From: Propionibacteriaceae bacterium
GTDB taxonomy: Bacteria > Actinomycetota > Actinomycetes > Propionibacteriales > Propionibacteriaceae
Assembly (NCBI GenBank): GCA_031256725.1
Contig: JAIRQE010000012.1
Span: forward strand, 5,310 to 37,309
Reading direction: 5' to 3'
Length of the DNA stretch: 32,000 nucleotides
How positions within the stretch are numbered: the stretch's first letter is position 1; the number at the start of each line of letters is the position of its first letter. The position numbers and the translations under genes are program-made. Below the pieces are notes generated by a model. That model was not told where the DNA came from and did not search any database. It worked only from the letters and a program-made list of their open reading frames with translations. This document shows, in pieces, positions 26,701 through 32,000 of this stretch.

Positions 26701-26790
26701 TTCTGCTTGGGCAACCAAAGCCGAAGTAGCAACAACTGTGTAGACCAAAGCTGCGGACATTGCGGCAGCTAATCGTACTCTTACACCCAT
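20755..26790 (-). CDS. Giant secreted surface protein: signal peptide, about 340-aa N-terminal uncharacterised beta-rich domain, about 10-11 DUF11-type repeats, Pro/Thr linker, C-terminal sorting-signal-like anchor
   Basis: Signal peptide MGVRVRLAAAMSAALVYTVVATSALVAQA-EP from ATG 26790 (the ORF-track ATG 26820 lies inside a palindromic site). Repeats show the pattern ADL..K......G..v.YT.tVtN.GPS.A..v...D.lP, each with a Cys pair and a closing NtA.V.....DP...NN. The tail reads VPTGG + hydrophobic stretch + RK. Confidence 0.85.
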   Translation of the reverse strand: MGVRVRLAAAMSAALVYTVVATSALVAQAEPTLPFKVRFSENANGSIIAIGNSLLTCPDTNSNCELAKAGKAPNNNNNAYSMVHLDLDEDSTTWNSSMSRLSLPEGSSILWAGLYWGARLNAGVGGSAGTDPYTRMSLLVPGETSYRTINASTDPDAQFGPNSSGSNANAYQRFADVTSLVSNAGNGDYWGANVVAGTGEDRYAGWSLVVVHSSPGMPLRNLTVFDGFTNVGSSSPQTITVSGFQAPLAGPVDTQLSMIAYEGDLTQTGDFTRLNGTQLASTTSPGSNFFNSSNDLFGSSVTTRSPADKNMLGFDIKNINAPNIIPIGATEATFTFGSTGDAYFPGLLATSIALYAPDFSSSAKTAVNLSGHSPAQLGDIIQYTVRYANTGQSPAKDLVSIDPIPRGTQYIPGSLGFVDVYGTTTATMSDGSGDDRGEYTGSAVHVRIGTDANQSEGGQLGTDGESEGYSFQVRVTQPGRTISNIAHLNFTTATTGVAATYDIPPVSTPVAPEADLGITKTITPKPAVAGAPVSASITVTNHGPNPASEVHIIDPIPQGWDSPSVKPPTGVTCMIEDSLTCSTSQMAVGSTFTIQLTGESSSSTSIETITNTAQVSSNTHDPDLANNIATDSVPMTQVADLVIEKTLNTATIVPGQPVVFTITVTNQGPSRAQNLTLTDTLSDASLLTLSGVSGDLTCDLATEKMTCRTATLDSGKSATLTVTAQVNPSAEAGQSFTNEVRVSSNTTDPDLTNNHDSATGTIGTPVADVRLSKQANLTTVVAGQGITYVLTASNWGPSSAPGVIVRDTLPPQILNPGATVDRGSCQITGQIIECSVGTLASSSQADTPGASAVITITGTVSPDATGSVTNTAEVPQVPSFTDPTSANNQASATITVTPEADLSVIQVADTSSLPSSVDSVVTYTITVRNNGPSTATNVELTDLFPAAVKGDPANPAVAPSGVTCTVSATSVSCQLGTLEVGEEVVITVPTVVTTVSTDPQIATSTVTSDHDPEPKNNEATWTLSGVDQADLALVKSSTMTELAAGGRAVYTLTVTNQGPDSSIPTITDTLPDGLTFVPSGTGSATSAKCSSASGTVTCTGAELSPGSTSTYTLEVEVAPDLLNASLIKNEAKVEGSLLDPSTSNNRSSLTLPVSSQANILVTDMIWQSYAGMNQPPGSDLTSTPAGSLLWLTMTFTNSGLVTAKDAYLLLDYDFMGFNVSLDAVHPVLIWNGGSEVDGSWWVSDDPGCEIIHDELKCMLRNSTGTSSLAPGEQVSVSMLMGVRDFAPASTDTKALVSIHTTTKESQYSDNSSESILEITPGPVNLSVDKKTEKSTFIAGKDFKYTITVEQSRASASTPQSESGQFWADAADVTLTDSLPPGFHATKVTTTQGTCSIDVGNDSSISCELGTIRGTVSPVSPVVVTMEGTIDSDVIGTISNTAVAQTPSDPGAQAQDTAEVIVIHEVDLRLQKFVDTGHKEPRKGSPVFHAGGQIGYTLVAVNAGPSDASESTITDALPLGLTLNLELSPGCTVKEPSELALDQPELISCSVPPLAVGEDYTQRVIANSSPMDIRLEGTGPGCVPGEPSIPGDPTSPPNEQGCDNYLKDYPRAIDNQAQITLNDSSMTDPNTDNNLSTVTAWIDKESDIVARAGVNADTVYAGDHVTFTGITLNNGPTTADFPAGDVFFPQGLVPVKWDIPGNICTFDESTHILHCESIPATPLYQVFLPGMAVASFVTVEILENTEPGIYEVKVHSYSETPDSNPDNNWVSVSIRVINLANLTIEKTLVTTQVRAGDEVTYDLTVTNLGPSNASNVIISDEIPTGLTLTTATLPSGDCLSTEDDSTPVISCHIDSLTVDDSVSVRLSFLVNKDLTDEVCNTGHAGSDALDDKGTDNESTICDSVIPQAPPTPTPTPTPEPTPDLTPTPTPEPTPDPEPTPDPPPTPTPGPDPSPEPGPSPTPTSSTAVVIPRVPTGGTVHHHSAWILLMAAGSSGVLLAIRKLESQTVGTNP
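20899..21078 (-). repeat. Low-complexity Pro/Thr/Glu/Asp linker coding repeat (60 aa)
   Basis: Encodes PQAPPTPTPTPTPEPTPDLTPTPTPEPTPDPEPTPDPPPTPTPGPDPSPEPGPSPTPTSS. The plus strand shows reiterated ggtgt/ggagt units. Confidence 0.75.
21079..25251 (-). repeat. Array of about 10-11 divergent DUF11-type (conserved repeat domain) units of about 110-140 aa inside the giant CDS
   Basis: Repeat openers read in the translation: ADLGITKT, ADLVIEKT, ADVRLSKQ, ADLSVIQV, ADLALVKS, ANILVTDM, VNLSVDKK, VDLRLQKF, SDIVARAG, ANLTIEKT. An additional degenerate unit precedes them (TVRYANTGQSPAKDLVSIDPIP). Confidence 0.7.
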
Positions 26791-26819
26791 GAGGATCTCT
26801 TTTCGCGAGCAGTCACACA

Positions 26820-26835
26820 TGTGACAATTATCACA
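26820..26835. promoter_or_regulatory. Perfect CRP/GlxR-type palindrome TGTGA-N6-TCACA upstream of the giant surface protein gene
   Basis: TGTGACAATTATCACA overlaps a second palindrome, GTCACA-ca-TGTGAC (26812-26825). It lies 30-45 nt upstream of ATG 26790. Confidence 0.45.
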
Positions 26836-27050
26836 CTAGCACTGTTATCTCATAAGGAAAATAGAAGTCGTCAAGAGCGCTCATTGGTGCAGCGAGAGTA
26901 CAGACTTCTTCACAATTGTGCCGGATCATCCATGTGGAACCTTGATCAGCATTTCTGCTCGGGGTGCCCGTGTGTGCGATAATAGAGGCTGCTCTTCGGT
27001 GGTACAACCAAGAGGGGTTCCCTAGCGGAGCCATTTGAAAGGAAAATAGC

Positions 27051-29342
27051 GTGGCAGATGGTAGATCGGGGGACAGGCGTCCCCCCAGAGGTTCAGGCGA
27101 CCGCCCATCTGGCTCGCGCTCATCTCAGTCTTCTGGTGGCGGGTGGCGCCCCAGGTCCCAGGATTCCTCGTCAAGTCGACCTAGTCGTAGTGGCGGATTC
27201 AACAGATCGGAATCAGGGTCAGGGCGTTCCTGGCGTCCCCGTGGGGAGGATGATTCTCGTCAGGATCGCCGTCCCAGTGATCGAGGTTCCAGTGGGGATC
27301 GTCGGTGGAGTGATGGACGTTCCCGCGAGGATCGTGGATTCAATCGTGGTCCTCGTCAGGATCGTCGCGATGGTGGATTCCGTGGGGACCGCCGTCCACA
27401 TGAGGACCGTCGCGATGATGGATTCCGTGGGGACCGCCGTCCACGTGAAGACCGTCGCGATGATGGATTCCGTGAGGATCGCCGCCCACGTGAAGACCGT
27501 CGTAGTGATGGATTCCGCGAGGATCGTTCACATGGGGATCGCCGTCCACGTCAGGATCGTCGCTCAAGCGAGGACCGTGGATTCCGCAGGGATTTCAACG
27601 ACTTTGGTGATCGAGACTCCCCCCCGCGTAGGGATTTTCGTGATGGCCGTCGTGATCGTGGACCACGCGAGGACAGAGGCTTTCATGACCACCGCAGTGA
27701 TCGGTCTCGCGAAGATCGTCCGCGCGGGTTCAGGGAGGATCGACCTCCTCGCGATGGGCAGCGTACAGATTTCAGGTCAGGACGACCCCCTCGTAGTGAC
27801 TCCCAAGGTTTCCAAGACCGACCCCGTCGTGACTGGGAGGGTTCCTCGGATCTAGGAGAGCGTCGCTCGGATTCAGAATCTAGGCCCTATCAGCAACGAC
27901 GGGATTCAGGATTCCGTAGCGGTCCACGATCAGGATCCGCGCCACGTCCCCAGTGGCGTCCGCGCGAGGATGGCGGTTCGAGAAGTCCACGCGAAGACAG
28001 AGGCCCACGCGAAGGATGGACACCTAGGGAAGACAGAGGCGACAGGGGTCCGCGCAGCAGTGGACCACGTGAGCTGAGACGTCCCTATGGATCTGATCGA
28101 GGTACAGGTTCCCGAGGATTTTCTCGACCTCATCGCGATGATCGTGATGGTGATGGATCCTCAGATAGGCCTAGCTTCCGGGATTATGATTCTCGTCGAC
28201 CCCGGCGTGATTCCTGGTCTGATTCACCCCAGGACCACCGAGGTCCACGTAGGGACACCGATGCGCGACGTGCCCTGCGTGAAGCTGATCGTGCGCTCAG
28301 GCCAGGGTTGGAACCCATGGAGGATGAGCCTGATATTCCCATCCTTCCTGAGGATGCCACGATGCCACGCGGGATGAGAGCCGAACTCAAAGGGGTATCG
28401 GCCGAAATCGCTGAGGTTGTGGGTGCGCATATGATGATGGCCGCCGAACTCATTGATACTGATCCAGACTTGGCTTACCGTCATGCGGAGGCTGCGCGTC
28501 GACGAGCTCCGAGACTTCCATTGACACGAGAGGCTACAGCCGAAACCGCCTATGCTGCCGGGAAATATGAGCAGGCACTTGCGCAGTACAAAACCTTGAG
28601 GCGCATGAGTGGTACAGCCGATGTTATCCCTGTGATGGTGGATTGTTTGCGCGCTCTGGGCAAGCATCGTGAGGCTCTTGAATTAGCTGAATCGGGTAGG
28701 CCTGAGATCAAAGATCCGTCAATGCTCGTGGAGTTGATAATCGTCACAGCGGGGGTACGTCTGGACATGGGTCAGCGTGATGAGGCAATGAGGATCTTGC
28801 GTCACGAGATGGAGAAACCATCGGTACGTCATCCCCGGCTTGCACAGGCACGACTGCTCTATGCCTATGCGGACATGCTGACCGACATGGGGGAGATGGG
28901 TGAAGCCCACCACTGGTTCTCGGTGGCTGCAAGTCTGGACCCCTTTGGTACCACCTCTGCCTTGGATCGTTTGGATGAACTTGATGGAGTGGTTCTCGAT
29001 TTGGATGAGGACGAGTTCCTAGACGAGGAAGACTTCGATGATAACGAGGATCAAGACGAGAACCTTGAAGATGAGGACCTTGAAGTCATGAATGAGGATC
29101 AGGTAGTGGTCGAGGATCTGGATCCTGCGACTCCACTTCGTGCCGCGCAGGATGACGAAGTGGTGGATTCTACACAAGATGACCAAGTGGGTTCTGTGCA
29201 GGATGACGATCGTGATGATGAATTAGACAGCATCAATCATCGTGAGGATAATGAGGATCCTGGTGATCTGGAGAATCTTGATGGTGATGAGGACATCGAT
29301 GTGGAGGATCTTGAGGATCTCCAAGATTCCGAGAAGGACTAA
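27051..29342 (+). CDS. Tripartite protein: about 425-aa Arg/Asp/Ser/Gly/Pro-rich disordered N-terminus, TPR-like helical domain, strongly acidic C-terminal tail
   Basis: GTG 27051 with SD GAAAGGAAA upstream. The N-terminus is almost devoid of hydrophobic residues (DRRPREDRRDDGFR repeats). The helical part is TPR-like (AYRHAEAARR...YAAGKYEQALAQYKTL...GKHREALELAE...GEMGEAHHWF). The tail reads DEDEFLDEEDFDDNEDQDENLEDEDLE. Stop lies 6 nt before the HAD gene. Confidence 0.7.
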   Translation: MADGRSGDRRPPRGSGDRPSGSRSSQSSGGGWRPRSQDSSSSRPSRSGGFNRSESGSGRSWRPRGEDDSRQDRRPSDRGSSGDRRWSDGRSREDRGFNRGPRQDRRDGGFRGDRRPHEDRRDDGFRGDRRPREDRRDDGFREDRRPREDRRSDGFREDRSHGDRRPRQDRRSSEDRGFRRDFNDFGDRDSPPRRDFRDGRRDRGPREDRGFHDHRSDRSREDRPRGFREDRPPRDGQRTDFRSGRPPRSDSQGFQDRPRRDWEGSSDLGERRSDSESRPYQQRRDSGFRSGPRSGSAPRPQWRPREDGGSRSPREDRGPREGWTPREDRGDRGPRSSGPRELRRPYGSDRGTGSRGFSRPHRDDRDGDGSSDRPSFRDYDSRRPRRDSWSDSPQDHRGPRRDTDARRALREADRALRPGLEPMEDEPDIPILPEDATMPRGMRAELKGVSAEIAEVVGAHMMMAAELIDTDPDLAYRHAEAARRRAPRLPLTREATAETAYAAGKYEQALAQYKTLRRMSGTADVIPVMVDCLRALGKHREALELAESGRPEIKDPSMLVELIIVTAGVRLDMGQRDEAMRILRHEMEKPSVRHPRLAQARLLYAYADMLTDMGEMGEAHHWFSVAASLDPFGTTSALDRLDELDGVVLDLDEDEFLDEEDFDDNEDQDENLEDEDLEVMNEDQVVVEDLDPATPLRAAQDDEVVDSTQDDQVGSVQDDDRDDELDSINHREDNEDPGDLENLDGDEDIDVEDLEDLQDSEKD
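27335..27595 (+). repeat. In-frame tandem repeat, 45-bp period (15-aa unit GFRGDRRPxEDRRDD)
   Basis: GGATTC anchors at 27335, 27374, 27419, 27464, 27509 and 27578. Units 27374-27418 and 27419-27463 differ at only 2 of 45 positions. Flanking units are degenerate. Confidence 0.8.
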
Positions 29343-29348
29343 GTACTC

Positions 29349-30161
29349 ATGAATGCCCTGGTTGATGCCTATGATCTTGTGGGCTTTGACCTGGATGGGG
29401 TGATCTATATTGGGGATGATGCTGTACCCCATGCGCCTGAAACTATTGCTGAACTGCGCCGACGCGGTACCCGTGTTGGTTTTGTGACCAATAATGCCCA
29501 GCGTTCCCCGCAGGTGGTTGCTGATCATCTCAAGAGTTTGGGTATTGACGCTTGCTACGAGGACATTGTTACCTCAGCTCAGGCCACTGCCCGTATCATG
29601 TCCGAAGCCCTTCCTCATGGTTGTGAGGTTCTTGCTTTGGGCTCCCAGGCCATGTCCGAGGAACTGTCTTTGGTGGGTTTGATTCCTGTACATAAGCGCA
29701 GCTCCAACACTCAAGCCATTTGTGTTGGCTACCATCCAGAGCTTCGATGGGAGGACCTCAACCAGGGTTGCTTCGCTGTCCAAGATGGTGCTGTGTGGTA
29801 CGCCTGTAATGATGACCTGAACCGTCCAACCAGCCAGGGTACAGCCATTGGGATGGGCGGGATCATCAAAGCCATGTCACAGGCTCTGCCTGGTCATAGC
29901 CCCATCATGGGTGGGAAACCGGCCCATCCCCTTCTTGAGGAAACAGCTACAAGGCTTGGGGGTACTCGCCGACTCTTTGTGGGTGATCGCCTTGACACCG
30001 ATATTGAGGGTGCCTTCAATGCTGGATGGGATTCCTTGTTTGTACTATCGGGGTCACATACTTTGGCGGATCTTGAAACCGCCACAAAGAGTCAAGAACC
30101 AACATATGTGGGCGAAGATCTGCGCGCACTCCTGGAGCCACCACGACGGTTTGGCGCGTGA
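29349..30161 (+). CDS. HAD-IIA family phosphatase/hydrolase (NagD-like)
   Basis: 270 aa. HAD motifs FDLDGVIY (I), VTNN (II), GGKP (III), GDRLDTDI (IV). Confidence 0.8.
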   Translation: MNALVDAYDLVGFDLDGVIYIGDDAVPHAPETIAELRRRGTRVGFVTNNAQRSPQVVADHLKSLGIDACYEDIVTSAQATARIMSEALPHGCEVLALGSQAMSEELSLVGLIPVHKRSSNTQAICVGYHPELRWEDLNQGCFAVQDGAVWYACNDDLNRPTSQGTAIGMGGIIKAMSQALPGHSPIMGGKPAHPLLEETATRLGGTRRLFVGDRLDTDIEGAFNAGWDSLFVLSGSHTLADLETATKSQEPTYVGEDLRALLEPPRRFGA

Positions 30162-30165
30162 TGAG

Positions 30166-30191
30166 GTGTCAGGGGACGTATCTCCTGACAC
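30166..30191 (+). terminator. Hairpin copy 1, 4 nt after the HAD stop
   Basis: GTGTCAGGGGA-CGTA-TCTCCTGACAC forms an 11-bp stem with one G-T pair. Confidence 0.45.
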
Positions 30192-30231
30192 TATTAGGGA
30201 TGAACGAGTGCCGAAGAGGGTTGAGGGGTGA

Positions 30232-30257
30232 GTGTCAGGGGATACGTCCCCTGACAT
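30232..30257 (-). terminator. Hairpin copy 2 (inverted copy of the same 26-mer), 17 nt after the pinwheel-ORF stop
   Basis: The minus strand reads ATGTCAGGGGA-CGTA-TCCCCTGACAC, with 2 mismatches to copy 1. Confidence 0.45.
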
Positions 30258-30274
30258 CCGCCAGAACTGTGGTT

Positions 30275-31150
30275 CTATCCGAATGCTTGGAATGGGCCGT
30301 ACACCTTTGTGCCACCACCATCTCGGCGATCTGCTGTTGAGGGGAGGTTTCGTGGGGTACCTGTGTTGCTGCAGGCTCTCAATGGTGGCAGGCCAACCCA
30401 GCCTAGAGCGAGGTGATCCTGGCCCTTCAAGAAACGATGGGTACGAACCCCTGAGGTCGCTCGACCCTTGGATGGGTATTCACTGAAAGCCGTGGTCTTG
30501 ATCGTGGATACAGCATCTGGGCCTACGGCGAGGGTTGCCACGATTGCCGTCTCACGGTCTTCCTTGGATATCGCAGTGAAGAAGAGCGCCTCGGCATCCT
30601 CACCGAGTTTAATCCCAGCCATCCCGCCAGCAGGACGGCCCTGGGGACGTACCTCTCGGGCTGACATGCGCAACAACTGGGCCTGGGTTGTTATGAAAAC
30701 CAGGTCAGAGGAATCGGCAGCATGGGCCACTCCAACGATCTCGTCACCGTCTTTGATGGATGCAACCTCCCAGGATTCCCAACCCTTGTATTCCGGTACG
30801 ACCCTCTTCACAACCCCAGCCTTCGTGCCCAGAGCGAGGGGAGGGGCATCCACATCAAGGCTGTAGAGCCCGACCACATGGTCTGCCTCCACCAGCGAAT
30901 CGGCTTCGGGAGCATCCCACAGTGACCAGGGGCCACCGGGAGCCAGGGTGGGAAGGTCTTCAACGAGGATACGATAAGCCATCCCTGTGGTGGTGACTGC
31001 GCCGACATGCCCATCTGTTGATGGGGCTGCCGAGGTCAAGACATCATGATCAACCCGGGTAAACTCCTGGGCCGCGCGAGCCTCCCATACTGAACCTGGA
31101 AGATCCACCCGCGCTAGGCGCCCAGTGGTCGACAAGATCACCCAATCCAT
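30275..31150 (-). CDS. Free-standing GyrA/ParC C-terminal beta-pinwheel domain protein (possibly the surviving 3' part of a truncated topoisomerase subunit A gene)
   Basis: 291 aa, about six blades. Blade motifs read VRPQGRPAGGMAGIKL, YPSKGRATSGVRTHRF and TKAGVVKRV. No GyrA-box QRRGGKG is visible, so it is ParC-like. ATG 31150 is preceded by AAAGGAG plus a 6-nt spacer. An in-frame stop lies 12 codons upstream, and nothing topoisomerase-like is upstream. Confidence 0.6.
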   Translation of the reverse strand: MDWVILSTTGRLARVDLPGSVWEARAAQEFTRVDHDVLTSAAPSTDGHVGAVTTTGMAYRILVEDLPTLAPGGPWSLWDAPEADSLVEADHVVGLYSLDVDAPPLALGTKAGVVKRVVPEYKGWESWEVASIKDGDEIVGVAHAADSSDLVFITTQAQLLRMSAREVRPQGRPAGGMAGIKLGEDAEALFFTAISKEDRETAIVATLAVGPDAVSTIKTTAFSEYPSKGRATSGVRTHRFLKGQDHLALGWVGLPPLRACSNTGTPRNLPSTADRRDGGGTKVYGPFQAFG

Positions 31151-31213
31151 CTCAGACTCCTTTAGAAGTGTACTAAGACGAGTCTATCGACTGAATGAAT
31201 AATGTCGTAGCGT

Positions 31214-31447
31214 TTAGCTGGTCTTCCTGACACGTGCAGGCAGATGAACGAGTACAGCAATTCCAAGAAGGAGAACGCCTAGGGCGATGCTGGAGTTCTT
31301 TGTCTGCCCGCCACTGGGGACAGTAGGAGATGGGGCGACCTTCACAGTGACCTCGGCAGTCGCTGACTGATCGGCCTCATCCCTCAGATCATTCAAGACG
31401 AACGGGAAAATAATGAAATTATCTCGATATGTGGACGTTCGTAGCAT
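31214..31447 (-). pseudogene. Probable C-terminal remnant of a cell-surface protein (sorting-signal-like tail only)
   Basis: The 77-aa ORF has no signal peptide. It ends in TVPSGGQT + SSIALGVLLLGIAVLV + HLPARVRKTS, the same architecture as the giant protein tail. The frame is closed by a stop at 31469-31471 and no SD is seen. Confidence 0.35.
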
Positions 31448-31534
31448 CGTGCTACTTGTCGGGTTAAGTTATTTGTAATAGTTTTTATGGGAGGGGCTCA
31501 AAGATGAGCGCGTTGGTTTCTAAAGTTTCTTTAA

Positions 31535-31771
31535 TCATCGTGGACCGAGTGCATTGATCATTTCACACTCGCGACCAGGGAAAACTCTTCTTCCACAGTC
31601 AGATGGATCGTAACCAGGAATCAAACGTAAGGCAACCCATGGCCATGGTATTCCCGACATACTGGCGGGGATACGCGGAAGAAGCCAGTCGCAAAATCCG
31701 TCCCGCAAATCAAGCTCAGCGCAGCCTGCATCAAGGCTATTAAGAAAATCCACTACTGCAAAAAAACTCAT
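31535..31771 (-). CDS. Hypothetical small protein (78 aa, 4 Cys), unrecognised
   Basis: ORF only. No SD, no family recognised, lies in AT-richer DNA. Confidence 0.2.
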   Translation of the reverse strand: MSFFAVVDFLNSLDAGCAELDLRDGFCDWLLPRIPASMSGIPWPWVALRLIPGYDPSDCGRRVFPGRECEMINALGPR

Positions 31772-32000
31772 CGCGTGACATACATTAGAGTATGACTAAA
31801 GACGCCCCGCAACAAGCCTCACTAATATCATTTAAATTATGATTTGTCATAGATTACCCTCCAAAGGTCCAGACTGAACCAGTGTGTGTTTGATGGTCGA
31901 CTTCTCACCTTTCAGGTAGTCTTTGGAATCAGATGTTCTGTACTGACCCACCAGAAATATATGTAATTGTTTTTTGTGGGCTCATTCGTCTTGTATTTGG

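Noticed and set aside
26831-27034. 67-aa minus-strand ORF in the divergent intergenic region
   Set aside because: No SD and no recognisable family. It occupies the regulatory region between the giant gene and the Arg/Asp-rich gene.
27058-27855. 265-aa alternative-frame ORF, plus antisense ORFs 27219-27401 and 27340-27567, inside the Arg/Asp-rich gene
   Set aside because: These are open frames created by the biased, repetitive GAY/CGN codon composition. They have no SD and encode implausible low-complexity products. The frame starting at 27051 continues into a credible TPR domain and is coupled to the HAD gene.
30054-30486. ORFs 30054-30257 (-), 30158-30340 (+) and 30232-30486 (+) sharing SGDVSPDT/SGDTSPD peptides
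   Set aside because: The shared peptides are simply translations of the two hairpin repeat copies. The ORFs overlap terminator structures and the pinwheel CDS and have no SD.
1-32000. Search for tRNA, rRNA, CRISPR arrays, transposase or integrase genes and known defence-system genes
   Set aside because: No tRNA-like T-arm or acceptor patterns, no rRNA-like segments, no repeat-spacer arrays and no such protein families were seen in the translations.

Overview
The window looks like chromosomal DNA from a moderately GC-rich Gram-positive, probably an actinobacterium. This is inferred from protein family patterns, frequent GTG starts, a Pro/Thr-linker surface protein and a TPR-HAD gene pair. No rRNA or tRNA is present to anchor taxonomy. 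Layout: (1) 1-3564 (+) holds a sugar ABC ATPase (5' cut by the window edge), an SIS isomerase and a xylulokinase. (2) 3596-14200 (-) is an 11-gene train for C4/short-chain acyl-CoA metabolism. A KAS III-like enzyme, a CoA-transferase and an alpha/beta-hydrolase come first. After a 137-nt regulatory gap come bcd, fixA, fixB, fixC, fixX, thiolase, crotonase and hbd. (3) 14465-19302 (+) is a divergently transcribed Liv-type ABC importer (two permeases, two ATPases, a lipoprotein binding protein). It is followed by a MaoC dehydratase and a TetR regulator. (4) 20755-26790 (-) is a roughly 2000-aa surface protein with about 10-11 DUF11-type repeats, a Pro/Thr linker and a non-canonical C-terminal sorting signal. 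(5) 27051-30161 (+) encodes an Arg/Asp-rich disordered + TPR + acidic-tail protein coupled to a HAD-IIA hydrolase. (6) 30162-32000 is a synteny-break-like region. It has twin inverted hairpin repeats, a free-standing GyrA/ParC C-terminal beta-pinwheel ORF, and AT-richer DNA carrying a sorting-signal remnant. No CRISPR array, transposase, integrase or recognisable defence gene was seen. Findings I rate highest: an ATGAC-N6-GTCAY inverted repeat occurs four times across the three promoter regions of the acyl-CoA/Liv locus, pointing to a small regulon. An E. coli-type FixABCX set sits inside a clostridial-type bcd/thl/crt/hbd operon. The three-gene head module is unassigned, and its KAS III-like enzyme appears to carry a Cys-His-His triad. 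A perfect TGTGA-N6-TCACA (CRP/GlxR-type) site lies in front of the giant adhesin gene. A VP[ST]GG sorting signal occurs twice. The beta-pinwheel ORF stands alone at a compositional break. All functional calls come from reading the translations by eye; no database search was run.
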